From contig NC_045696.1 of assembly GCF_009834535.1 (NCBI RefSeq), positions 50,966,001 to 51,030,000 of the forward strand: 64,000 nucleotides of DNA. The letters are read 5' to 3'. Shown here in pieces: positions 47,901-55,799 of the stretch. Both the position numbers and the translations under genes were made by a program. Each line of letters opens with the position of its first letter. The first letter of the stretch is position 1. The notes below the pieces were generated by a model. It saw only the letters and a list, made by a program, of their open reading frames with translations. It searched no databases and was not told where the DNA came from. Source of the stretch: Camelus ferus (Eukaryota).

Positions 47901-50900
47901 AACCCCAGCCAAAATGAACTTCAGAATTAGACAGCAAACATTTGATATTGCATGTCAAGCTGATTTTTAACATAATTCTACTTCTAGTAGTCTATTCTAA
48001 TAAATTAATCTTAAATGCAAAAAGAAAAAAAAACACAGTATGTCTGAAGGTACTCATTTATTGTTGCAGTGTTTTTTATGAGAAATTCAACTGAAGGACA
48101 GAGAGAAAACCAGACAGGAAGGGTGATAGTACATCCACATACAGTAACTTTATAATTCATTAAAAATGAATGTTCTGGAGATGTAATAAATTGAAAGTTA
48201 CTTATAAGTTTTTTTTTCATTCCCCTCCCACCAAAAATGGGGTTGGGGGAGTGAAAAAGCCAATAATGTTACAAATCCACCTTCATGGCCACAATATAAC
48301 TCCTCTGTGTGCTCAGTGCCCTCTTCGGACTGATCTATCGACCCAGGGACTTTGCTTCCTACATGCTGGGCATCTTCATCTGTAACCTGCTGCTCTACCT
48401 GGCCTTCTACATCATCATGAAGGTAAGAGTGGCGGCTGGGAGCCGGGTGCCGCAGGCCCCCCAAGGGTGGTGGGTGCAGTTTGGCGGCATCTGCTCTCAC
48501 CCGCAGCTTCGCAGCTCTGAGAAGGTCCTCCCGATCCCACTCTTCTGCATCGTGGCCACTGCCGTGGTGTGGGCTGCCGCCCTGTATTTTTTCTTCCAGA
48601 ATCTCAGCAGCTGGGAGGTAAGAACAGTTTTCTTTTCCAAGATGATGTCCTCTCTCCATTTTGCCTTTTTGACCTTCCTCCCTCCTTCTCCTCGTGTGCT
48701 TGTTGCTGTCTACTTTTTTATATTCTCTAATCTGAAAGCTTTCTCTAAAAGGGATGGTTTTAGGAGGGAGAGTATAGCTCAGTGGTGGAGTGCCTGCTTA
48801 CCATGACAAGGTCCTGGGTTCAATCCCCAGTACCTCCATCAAAAAATTAATTAAACAAACATAATTCCCCCCGCCAAAGGGGATGGTTTTAAATATCCAA
48901 ACATAAATGTTCAATAAATGGCACGTTGTCATCATTATCAGGGTGGTGGTTCATAACTGTGGAAGCCCTACCAACACTGCAAATGTGATCGTTATGTGTC
49001 GTACTTTGAGTACGACCCTGTTCCCAATGGATGTGTAATATGTACAAAGACCTTGATTAGTGTATCTTCTCCAACTTTTGCATCATAATCACCAACTGTA
49101 TGCCCAGGCACAGGTTTTTATTAATCCATTTCACAGGTTTTTATTAATCCATTTCACCTAGGAAACTGGTGATATCATCTGAGGCACCGAACAGGGAGGA
49201 AGTCTTAGGTCTCCATCATCATCATCACCACAGTCAACTTTAAAATATTTTAATCACCCCAGAAAAAAACCTGCACCCATTAGCAGTGACACCCTATTTC
49301 TCCCAAACCCCTTAGCCTTGGGCAACCCCAAATCTACCCTTTGTCTCTACAGATCTACCTGTTATGGAAATTTCATATAAATGGACTCACATAACGTGTG
49401 GTCTCTGAGTCTGGCTTGCATCACTCAGCATAATGTTTTGCAGGCCCACCCATGTGTAGATGTATCAGCACTTCATGTCTTTACTGCTGAATATTCCATG
49501 GTGTGAATATCCTGCATTTTATCTGTCTGTTCATCAGCTGATGGACATTTGGGTCATTTCCACTTTTGGACTTTTATGAATGCTGGAATGCTGCTGCTGG
49601 GAACATTTGTGGACAAATTTTTGTGTGGACGTATGTTTTATTGGAAGCTAACGTTTTGACACAGGCATCTAGTAGCAATTTGTAGATTTCCGGATACTCA
49701 GCCTTCTAAAGAGTTGAACTGTGGGCCTGCTGCCCCACATCCTGTCTCACCTTCTTCCAGGGAACCCCAGCCGAATCCCGGGAGAAGAACCGCGAGTGTA
49801 TCCTGCTGGATTTCTTTGATGACCATGACATCTGGCACTTCCTCTCTGCGACTGCCCTGTTTTTCTCATTCTTGGTGAGTATATAAAACCTTTTCATTTC
49901 CTCTCTTTACATCCTGTGCTCTTTTTTCTCTTCCCTTCTTCCTTACATCCCTTTTGAATTTTTAATTTCCCTTTCCAACTCTTTATTGTAATTCATGCAG
50001 AGATTTTTTTTTTACATTGTATCCTTTGGTTAGATCTTTATTTTCCTCTTACTCTTCAATACTTTAAAGACACAGAGCGATAATGTTCCTTCAGTTGCAT
50101 AGTATTTGGACTGATCTGGTGATTAGAACTCACATGCCCAGGTCCCCCAGAACCGCTTTTGGCACTGGCTACAGTTTCAACAACATTAGGTTATTCCTCC
50201 TTGTGCTGTACTCACGTTCCTCCCTGTCTTCCAGTCTCACTGAATTTCTTACAAATAGTTTACGCATTCCTGGAGCGGCTCAGGAGAGCAGCCAGGCCTC
50301 TGTTGCCTTCTAACCAGACTCATCCAATTCTCTCCTGTAGTCCCTCCATTTTTTTGCCCGAACACCTTCGCAGAAGCCATGCACACTATAACAACCCAGG
50401 ACGATCATTGTTGGCATCCTTTCATCTTAATTTTGACTTTTCCAAAATAAGAGTCCGTGGTGCCTGTACACAAGGTCAGTTAACAAATAACATCCTTGCT
50501 AGGCCTTCTGGGTTCACACTGCCCACTTAGCTTTAGTCTCCACCATGTAACCTCAAGAGTGGAGCAGGGCTTCCCCCTAGTGGCCAGTTTGGGAAGTTTA
50601 ACCAATCTCTACGAGAATCATTCCTTTCTGCTTTTTTGATAGGCACTTTCTCTCAGGTCGAGCTTAGAGTTCCATGGGGAGAGAGTGGTGATACAGGGAA
50701 TAAAATGGAGGATGAGGGTACTGTTCTTACTCAGTAATATTCTATGCAACAAGATTTCATTCTCTTTAGGCTCTGACCCAAATGTCCCCTTCTAAATGAC
50801 AGATGTCCCTGGCCACCCCCCAAAATTTTTTTTTTTACCTCTCTCCATCCCATACTTCCTATAGTCCCTCCAGTTTAATTTTTATCCTTAGTACATATTA

Positions 50901-51286
50901 CTATCTAACGTACTAGATTTTGCTCATGCATTTGCTTCATGTCTGAAGGCCTCCATCAAATTTAAGCCCCATCAGGGTAAAAGATTTTTGTCTCTTTTGT
51001 TCCAAACATAGTTGATCTAGAATATCACATAATAGACCCTTGATTAATATTTGAATTAACTAATAAATGAGCTATATAATTATAGCAAGTGCCTGTTAAG
51101 AGCACGGCACTGCAGGAAGCTGCAGCAAACACAAAATCAAGTGAGAGCACTTGTGAGTCTGAGAGAGAAAGCAGGGACTTACTGCGACTGTGTTCCTCTG
51201 TCTCTCTGCCCCTCTCCTCTCAGGTTTTGTTAACCCTGGATGATGACCTGGATGTGGTTCGGAGAGACCAGATCCCTGTCTTTTAA
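5878..51286 (+). CDS. SIDT1: SID1 transmembrane family member 1, spliced CDS, 5'-partial (human-equivalent exons 4-25)
   Basis: 22 GT-AG exons joined in frame give [22 protein letters not shown]...[21 protein letters not shown]...[37 protein letters not shown], recognisable as SIDT1 rather than SIDT2. Total 1969 nt with no internal stop. Confidence 0.97.
6750..6948. mobile_element. hAT DNA transposon relic (MER63-like)
   Basis: gctggtaaatatttaacaac...gccctgatttgtagcgtttgcc...ccaccatggccgat. Confidence 0.65.
9086..9187 (+). CDS. SIDT1: SIDT1 exon 5 (102 nt): [34 protein letters not shown]
   Basis: ctcag|TAT...ATG|gtgagt. Confidence 0.96.
9806..9889 (+). CDS. SIDT1: SIDT1 exon 6 (84 nt): [28 protein letters not shown]
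   Basis: tacag|TGC...CAG|gtaaga. Confidence 0.96.
10653..10826 (-). mobile_element. 5'-truncated L1 3' end
   Basis: Typical L1 3' UTR (ttgatttacaatgttgtgttagtttcaggtgtacagc) with poly-T; 13-nt TSD gctttaattttct (10640-10652 / 10827-10839). Confidence 0.85.
11715..11802 (+). CDS. SIDT1: SIDT1 exon 7 (88 nt): [29 protein letters not shown]
   Basis: gcag|AAG...CAG G|gtaagc; visible within ORF 11616..11813. Confidence 0.96.
13044..13115 (+). CDS. SIDT1: SIDT1 exon 8 (72 nt): (E)[23 protein letters not shown]
   Basis: taccag|AA AAG...ATT AAA A|gtcagt; phase 1 at both ends, matching the flanking exons. Confidence 0.93.
13529..13622 (+). CDS. SIDT1: SIDT1 exon 9 (94 nt), first TM helix: [30 protein letters not shown](R)
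   Basis: cctcag|AA TCC...ATC AG|gtatgt. Confidence 0.96.
13700..13880 (+). mobile_element. MIR SINE
   Basis: gtgatcttggggaagttacttaac...tttcctcatctgtaaaatgagataata core. Confidence 0.75.
14570..15605 (+). mobile_element. Old L1 (L1MC-like) 3' region
   Basis: Recognisable L1MC-type 3' motifs (ctgagaaggacacagtatcacttc; aaggacattattgggtcaattgacaaaa) ending in aaataaaaagtt. Confidence 0.65.
15700..15925 (-). mobile_element. MIR SINE
   Basis: gagaggtcaagcaattt...gggatttgaacccaggcagcctggctccagagcc. Confidence 0.75.
16880..17360. mobile_element. Old MaLR LTR (MLT1-like)
   Basis: tgtattagttatctattgc...ggccagtccagattcaagagg...actccacttttgatgg. Confidence 0.6.
18363..20048 (+). mobile_element. L1 (L1MB-like) ORF2 C-terminal remnant and 3' UTR, interrupted by an LTR fragment
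   Basis: Degenerate ORF2 peptide (PYTKINSK...IKLLEENIG...[21 protein letters not shown]) in ORF 18730..19005; L1 3' UTR motifs to aaaataaa. Confidence 0.85.
18632..18820 (+). mobile_element. MaLR LTR 5' fragment (MLT1D-like)
   Basis: agacagaataacggcccccaaaagatgtccatg...gagattatcctggattatcc...gtaatcacaagggtccttataag. Confidence 0.75.
20361..20404 (+). CDS. SIDT1: SIDT1 exon 10 (44 nt): [14 protein letters not shown](G)
   Basis: ttgcag|G TTT...GAT G|gtaaga. Confidence 0.94.
21008..21283 (-). mobile_element. L1 3' end (L1MA-like)
   Basis: gagatataattga...atcaccacacatag...gagaactcttaagatcta motifs. Confidence 0.75.
21880..22400. mobile_element. Old MaLR LTR (MLT1-like)
   Basis: ggctgcaagtgacaac, ggcttcaggcatgactga, catgtttcattggcctaga, taaaccagtcactg motifs. 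Confidence 0.55.
22428..22654. mobile_element. MER20-like hAT element
   Basis: gccctgtacactgtaggatgttt...gtgacaactaaaaatatctccagacatt...ccagttgagaatcactg. Confidence 0.8.
25640..26152 (-). mobile_element. L1 3' end
   Basis: ttccctgtgctatacagtaggtcc...ctgcaaatggcattatttt...gatggacatttaggttg. Confidence 0.8.
26215..26381 (+). mobile_element. MIR SINE
   Basis: gggcaaattacttgacc...taataagagtacccacctcagagggttgttg...cacacagtaag. Confidence 0.7.
26382..26812. repeat. Compound triplet-period microsatellite (GTA/GCA/GTG/ACA; 9-12 nt higher-order units)
   Basis: Directly visible, e.g. gtagcagtgacg and gcagtagtgaca units. Confidence 0.95.
27761..28154 (+). mobile_element. L1 3' end with poly-A
   Basis: ctaagtgaagtaagtcagacag...tatagcacagggaactatatt...caactatatttcaattaaaaaaaa. 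Confidence 0.85.
28790..29130. mobile_element. MER58-like hAT element
   Basis: gtaaagtgccaaatagtgaacattttagg...aatgagcgtggctgtgtt. Confidence 0.75.
29257..29328 (+). CDS. SIDT1: SIDT1 exon 11 (72 nt): [23 protein letters not shown](D)
   Basis: caacag|GC TCT...ATA G|gtattt. Confidence 0.95.
   Translation, partial: ALEICRRHIPLLPAPLKEAIMGQ
30680..30825 (+). CDS. SIDT1: SIDT1 exon 12 (146 nt): [48 protein letters not shown]
   Basis: tttcag|AT GAG...AAG|gtacct; acidic, Ser-rich cytosolic loop. Confidence 0.96.
31650..31723 (+). CDS. SIDT1: SIDT1 exon 13 (74 nt): [24 protein letters not shown](W)
   Basis: cccag|ACG...TTT TG|gtgagt. Confidence 0.96.
32714..32780 (+). CDS. SIDT1: SIDT1 exon 14 (67 nt): [22 protein letters not shown]
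   Basis: cctag|G AAC...ACA|gtaagt. Confidence 0.96.
33418..33590. mobile_element. MER5A-like hAT element
   Basis: ctctcaaactttgctgtgcgttaaaatcatctgagg...aagctcccagtgattcc. Confidence 0.7.
33738..33870 (-). mobile_element. tRNA-Ala-derived SINE (camelid Vic-1-like)
   Basis: Reverse complement reads gaggggaatagctcagtggtagagtgcgtacgtagcatgcacaaagtcctcggttcaatcc with an A-rich tail; near-TSD gagggttct/gaaggttct. Confidence 0.85.
34355..34428 (+). CDS. SIDT1: SIDT1 exon 15 (74 nt): [24 protein letters not shown](S)
   Basis: ttacag|GTG...CTG AG|gtgagc. Confidence 0.96.
35395..35518 (+). CDS. SIDT1: SIDT1 exon 16 (124 nt): [41 protein letters not shown]
   Basis: tttag|T GCC...ATG|gtgagg. Confidence 0.96.
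35721..35838 (+). CDS. SIDT1: SIDT1 exon 17 (118 nt): [39 protein letters not shown](D)
   Basis: tttcag|GAG...TTC G|gtaatt; contains the SxxxH motif. Confidence 0.97.
36150..36790. mobile_element. Old MaLR LTR (MLT1-like)
   Basis: ctttgggttgaaagt...catggtggcaaaaatggct...accaatcactg motifs. Confidence 0.5.
36880..37630 (-). mobile_element. Old L1 (L1ME-like) fragment
   Basis: Degenerate L1 3' motifs; ORF 37296..37508 resembles a decayed ORF2 C-terminus. Confidence 0.55.
38055..38191 (+). CDS. SIDT1: SIDT1 exon 18 (137 nt): [45 protein letters not shown]
   Basis: cctcag|AC ACC...GGA GTG|gtgcgt. Confidence 0.96.
38352..38442 (-). mobile_element. tRNA-Ala-derived SINE (Vic-1-like)
   Basis: A/B-box tRNA head on the minus strand, poly-T on plus, TSD tttagcta (38342-38349 / 38443-38450). 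Confidence 0.85.
38909..39017 (+). CDS. SIDT1: SIDT1 exon 19 (109 nt): [36 protein letters not shown](D)
   Basis: cctag|GTG...ATA G|gtgagt. Confidence 0.96.
40458..40507. repeat. Perfect 22-bp inverted repeat with 6-nt spacer
   Basis: tgagagtttagtttgtatgact-tccctc-agtcatacaaactaaactctca. Confidence 0.95.
41810..41824 (+). CDS. SIDT1: SIDT1 alternative 15-nt microexon (adds 5 aa: FKI-DGSDT-DLGIF)
   Basis: Long polypyrimidine tract, attcag|AT GGG TCT GAC ACA G|gtaacg; phase 1/1 fits between exons 19 and 20; resembles the DVSDT insert I recall from the longer human isoform. Confidence 0.8.
42861..42937 (+). CDS. SIDT1: SIDT1 exon 20 (77 nt): (D)[25 protein letters not shown]
   Basis: ggcag|AT TTG...ACG|gtacgt. 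Confidence 0.96.
43445..43530 (+). mobile_element. tRNA-Ala-derived SINE (Vic-1-like)
   Basis: gggtatagctcagtggtagagcgcatgcttaacgtgcatgaggtcctgggttcaattccc plus A tail. Confidence 0.85.
44020..44860 (-). mobile_element. L1 3' region (L1MC/MD-like)
   Basis: ccctggcaaccactgatctttt...ccttttcagattggcttctttcactt...ttgcttccaagttttggcaattatg. Confidence 0.75.
45522..45568 (+). CDS. SIDT1: SIDT1 exon 21 (47 nt): [15 protein letters not shown](F)
   Basis: ttccag|GAC...TCC TT|gtaagt. Confidence 0.96.
47490..47656. mobile_element. MER3-like hAT element
   Basis: tagccacttgtggctattgagcacttgaaatgtg...aaatagccacacgtg. Confidence 0.75.
48317..48422 (+). CDS. SIDT1: SIDT1 exon 22 (106 nt): [35 protein letters not shown]
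   Basis: gctcag|T GCC...AAG|gtaaga. Confidence 0.97.
48507..48617 (+). CDS. SIDT1: SIDT1 exon 23 (111 nt): [37 protein letters not shown]
   Basis: ccgcag|CTT...GAG|gtaaga. Confidence 0.97.
48763..48879 (+). mobile_element. tRNA-Ala-derived SINE (Vic-1-like)
   Basis: tRNA head plus tail, TSD gggatggtttta (48751-48762 / 48880-48891). Confidence 0.88.
49225..49640 (-). mobile_element. L1 (L1MB-like) 3' fragment
   Basis: atttcatataaatggact...cagctgatggacatttggg motifs. Confidence 0.7.
49761..49874 (+). CDS. SIDT1: SIDT1 exon 24 (114 nt): [38 protein letters not shown]
   Basis: ttccag|GGA...TTG|gtgagt; contains the HxxxH motif. Confidence 0.97.
51224..51286 (+). CDS. SIDT1: SIDT1 last coding exon: [20 protein letters not shown]
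   Basis: ctctcag|GTT...TTT TAA. Confidence 0.97.
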   Translation, partial: VLLTLDDDLDVVRRDQIPVF

Positions 51287-53095
51287 GCATCCAGCATTAA
51301 GAGCGGGGAGTGGGAGTGATCGATCTTGGTGCTGTTTCATGAAAAATACAGGGACTGCAGCAAAGTAACCACTGCCAAATGCTCCACGGGTCCTCTGTCG
51401 GTCAGCTCTGTACACATTCACACAGGGAGGAGAGATGCTGCAGGGCGACTCAAACCAGCAAGAAGGGAGGCAGAAGGGAAGCCATGGCTGTGGATAGACG
51501 CAAGCCCTGCAGAGCCAAGACATTCACCACCCCTTCCATCACGACTCAGACATGGACAAAAGCTGCATCAAAGTCAGCGCTCTGTCCTGGGACTCCTCCC
51601 ACCCTCACCTGAGACTTGCAGCCATAGGGGAACCATGCTGCTCTCTTGTCTCCAGCTGCCTCCCTGCCCAGAAAGGCCAGTACCTCCAATTTCCTGCCCA
51701 GAAACTCAGGGCCGGCCCCCTGTGCACCTCTGTAACATCTGCTGCTCTAGACGTCCCAGAACACAAGCCCGCTTCTCCAAGGTCCTGGGATGATGGGACT
51801 CCTTGCAGTCTGGTAGAGGACAGACCCAAGGCCCTACCCACCTGGGACAGACGTTTTATAGCACAGCTCGTCACCTCTTCAGCAGGAGTCAGGAGTGCTG
51901 TATGCATCCCTCTGGTTCCCAACCACATGAGGACTGACTCCAGGGCCATGCTGCACACTCCTGGCGGGTAACTGTCTCCGGGACCAAGGCGTGGGCACTT
52001 CCCTGTTCCTTGGTGTCTTCATGTCACCGTTGTGTGTTGACCCCATGACTCAGGCTCTGCCTTCTTGAGAAGGCCCTGTTAGTCCACCAACGAGCTCTAC
52101 AGGGAAGGAGAAACCAGAAACCCCTTCCAGCAACAGGAGGAACAAGAGAAATGACCAACAGCACTAAGAGACTGGTGACATTAGCAGCAAGCAAACAAGC
52201 CTCACCCTAAGGCCGGGGCTTCTGGAGCAGATGCAGCGAAGGCAGAAGCACTTCCTCGTGCCTCCAATCCAAACAGCTCATTCTGTGCCCGCATCACCCT
52301 TGGGGAAGGAATAAGTGTTCTAACCAGGGGCACCGCACTAGGGCTCCTGTACCACCGGCCAAGCCCCCCTCTCTGCTGCTTTATGCAGATGGGGGGCTCC
52401 AGACTGGCTCCTGAAGTTCTCTCTGGAAGTCACTCTCAGGGGGAATGCATTCCACCCTCCTCTCCATTTGCAAAGAGCACGGCTGATTTAGGGTTGTCTC
52501 TTTGTTGCACCTGATTCACATCCTCTCCCCAGTACATGTGAAAAGCTCAGCGTCCCACTCCACTCTGTCTGGTAGCTCTGCCCCCAGGAAGTCCTGTTTT
52601 GACCAGATTCCCTTGTTACCTACAGGGTGATGTCATCAGAAAATTGACGTACAAATGTGCACACATGATGTATTTGCCTGTGAAATTGAAGTCCCCTGTC
52701 ACTTCTCCTTTCCTGACCCTGCACTAGAGAAACCTATCAGCCACTCTTTTAAAATATATTAGTCTTTCCCTAAAATATTTGCATAATGTTCAAAAACACT
52801 TTTTGGAAGGTTGAATAGCAAACTTGCCCTGATTTTTAAAAACAAAGATATTTTCAATGAAACATCGTGTGATTTTTTTCCCAGAATGCCCCCAAATTTG
52901 TAATTGGTCTTCTGTTACTCTTCATTCCTTAAAAATTGCTGGCTTCCATAGGCCATATAAAGGCCACCTATTAAATGGTTCCATTAGTCTAACATCTAAC
53001 ACAAATTTCGAACCTGTTTAACTTTCGCTGATTTGACCTAATTCATTTATTTTTAGATAATAATAAATTTTAAATTTAAATAAAAGTTTCAAATC
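51287..53095 (+). other. SIDT1: SIDT1 3' UTR (end approximate)
   Basis: Sequence after the stop codon up to tandem AATAAA signals; AT-rich distal part. Confidence 0.65.
53062..53084 (+). terminator. Polyadenylation signals (AATAAA at 53062-53067 and 53079-53084)
   Basis: Two canonical hexamers in an AT-rich context ~1.8 kb after the stop codon. Confidence 0.65.
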
Positions 53096-54979
53096 AAAAA
53101 AAAAAAAAAAAAAAGGAAGAGGAAATCTGAACAACAAAATCTGTGCAAATAGCCCTGTGCCTGAAGTAAACACATTGTAGGACATGTTACCTGTTTGGTA
53201 ACTTGTTTGGGAAATATGTCCATAGAAATGGGGAGGGGACCCTGTAGAAATGGATGGATTGTGCTGTTGTATTTTTTTTTTCTGGATGCTTTTCGACAAT
53301 GTCTTGTGCTATAAACTCACACATTGTGGTCAGCTTTGTTCTCAGCAGCAGGACTAAAAACCCAACCCTGCTCTTATAAACATCAGTTCTAAATGTACGT
53401 GTTGCAAGTTCTTTCTGCAATGCCGACTCCAGGTTGGAGGACACAAGGAAGCCGTTCAGCTGCACCTGTGGGGCTGACAGGACCACGGGTGGAGGGGCAG
53501 CCAGAGTTACTCCTGGTCCCTCATCCACATGCAGTGCAGGCCACATGCAGTGCGAATTCTGTCTGTGCTCATGGCTTCACTCTCCAAAAGAGAAGGGAAC
53601 TGAAAGCCAAGTGCAGCAGGAGGGTAACCGGAGAAAGATAGCCACTGTGAAGAGGCTCTTGGCAGAGAGGCACCGAGTAACAAGAGCATTCCAGCTGGCG
53701 GACAGAGACGTGGTGGCCAGAGGGGCAAAATGGTGCACATTAAAAAAAAAAAAAAAGGCCTCTTCGCACCTCTGATGAATGCGGGAGAGGCAGCCCCACC
53801 TGTTAACGCTGGAGGGTTGAGGGATTAGCTCGGTTTTATTTTAGCAGCAGCAAAAGCCAGTGGAAAACCAGAGTCTATCTGGGGAAGGGACTTTCCATGA
53901 CCGAAGGCAATCACCAAGTCAGCACCTGGGGCAAAGAAAGTGGCAGCTGCTGCTTTGTAGCTCCAAGCAGCCACCAGAATGTTCTGTGGGGTAGCAAAAT
54001 GCATGTCAGTAAAACAAATACTCAATTGTTTCTCCTCCTGGGAGATTGTCTCTCTGAAACTTGGGGGAGGGAGGGAGGAAAAACAAAGATAAACATTCTT
54101 CGTAGAAGGAATAGTTGAGTCCGAGAAAAATTCTTAAGTCAGACTTTAGTCACCTGCTTGCTGTGTGACCTTGGGCAAGTTGCTGGAACTCTCTGATCTT
54201 CACCTACCACATCTACATGACACTACTTGAGGGTGATAAAGGTGGAGATGTGCAAAGTACCAGGAGCAGTGCCTGCACAGAGATGATCCTCACATGCACC
54301 TCTTGAATCCCGCAGAGCTGCTGGGCAAGGGCAGGTCTCCCTGCTCAGCTGGCAGCTCATGCCTCTAGGCGCCCTTCATTGAAACCAGCTGTGCAATTTC
54401 CTGTCCTCAGTTACAGGAGGCCCTGAAGAGGCTGGGAGGCCTCTTCACCTTCAGACAAACTGCCCAGAGTTATCAAACCTCCCCGCCCGCCCCAGCATCC
54501 CCTACCCACCTTTATTGCTGCATTTCACTACTCTTACTCCAACACAGATGAAAAATCACTACCAAAGCTGGGGCCACGTGGAAAGTCTGGCTATGTACAG
54601 TTACACCTCATTACTGCCAGCTCTACCCTGGGAATCTCAAAGAAAACCTAGATTTTTCTCCTCTCTCTCGAGTAGCTATTACTACCTCGGTCCAGGGGAT
54701 GCCATTTATAAACATTCCTGCCTCCCCTGCCCACCCCCTACCCCTCGCCGCCACCACCACCCTTATCACCAGCTGTTCTATAGGGAAAGCCTAGATGAAG
54801 GGGGACTTCAACCTGTGGGACAAAAACAGGTCCCAGGAAGAGAAGGTCTGGGAGGGTCACTCCGGTTTTGAAGTAATTCTAACGTCTTCTGGTGAAACTA
54901 AAGAAAAGCGTTATGAGTAAAGAAACAACAGGCCTCTGCCTGAGGCAGTGTAAAGCCTTTGCTTACCATTATTCTGCCC

Positions 54980-55430
54980 AGATTACAGCCGCTTTTGTTT
55001 TCTTCGGCCGTATTACGGAACCAGGTTCGTTTCGCCTGATTTACAGCAACCAAAACGCTGAGACGCAGCGGTTTGCAGCATGGAGTTAATTCCGCCAAGG
55101 AAACCCCGCAAGAAGAGGGGGGAAACAAATCTCAAATCTTCCTCTCAGAAGGCAATGGACCAGGGTATACAGGGGCTAGGGGATGAAGAAGCAGGCTGGT
55201 CTGAGGTGTGGGGAGTGTAAGGACAGCGATCAGGAAAAGGTGCGGGATTGTGGTTCTGCGCAGGCGTACTTAGGCTACAGGCCTCTGCTCGCGGAAAGGT
55301 CACCGAGGGCGCCGACCCTCGCGCATGCCCAGTTGAGGGATCGTGGTCCCATCTAGTCTTAACCAGCTCAGCTCCAACTGGAAGCGGCTTATGCTTGGCT
55401 CAGCTGAGCTAGACTCCACCGGTTCACAAC
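54980..55430. promoter_or_regulatory. CpG-enriched promoter/enhancer-like element with NRF1-like and ZNF143-like motifs
   Basis: Local CpG retention; tgcgcaggcgta (55257-55268), gcgcatgcccagt (55321-55333), gggattgtggttc and gggatcgtggtcc. Confidence 0.45.
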
Positions 55431-55762
55431 AACTTGGGCAAACATCTTATTGTTTAAGCTAACTGCCCTTCGAAGGACAGGCAAGTTTTAAAACAACCTT
55501 GATTAGTGAAGGCAGGTGAAATGGATTTGACTAATTACCCACAGTTTCAGTGGGGACAAGATATATTTGCGTGACTACGTTTTACTGTATTCTCGATATT
55601 AAGGCAACATCGTCAACAAGTTTAAGTGGCTGCTAAATCTCAGGCCTTAGCACACATGAATTCAAATGAATGTGGCGAGGGTTATGAATCAGCTTTCGTC
55701 AGTGAGTTTCCTAAAGGCCATAGTGGTGGAGTTTTCCCTTGGACTGGATTCCTCTGCAAAAA

Positions 55763-55763
<1 letters not shown>

Positions 55764-55797
<34 letters not shown>
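55764..55797. repeat. (CA)n microsatellite followed by poly-T
   Basis: Directly visible. Confidence 0.92.

Positions 55798-55799
<2 letters not shown>

Noticed and set aside
48198..48659. 153-aa antisense ORF over exons 22-23 (similarly 35273..35704 and 30585..30888)
   Set aside because: Shadow frames of GC-rich SIDT1 codons, which are depleted of antisense stops; no independent evidence.
51326..51971. Overlapping 117-155 aa ORFs in the 3' UTR
   Set aside because: GC-rich UTR yields long frames by chance; non-ATG or weak starts and no recognisable protein similarity.
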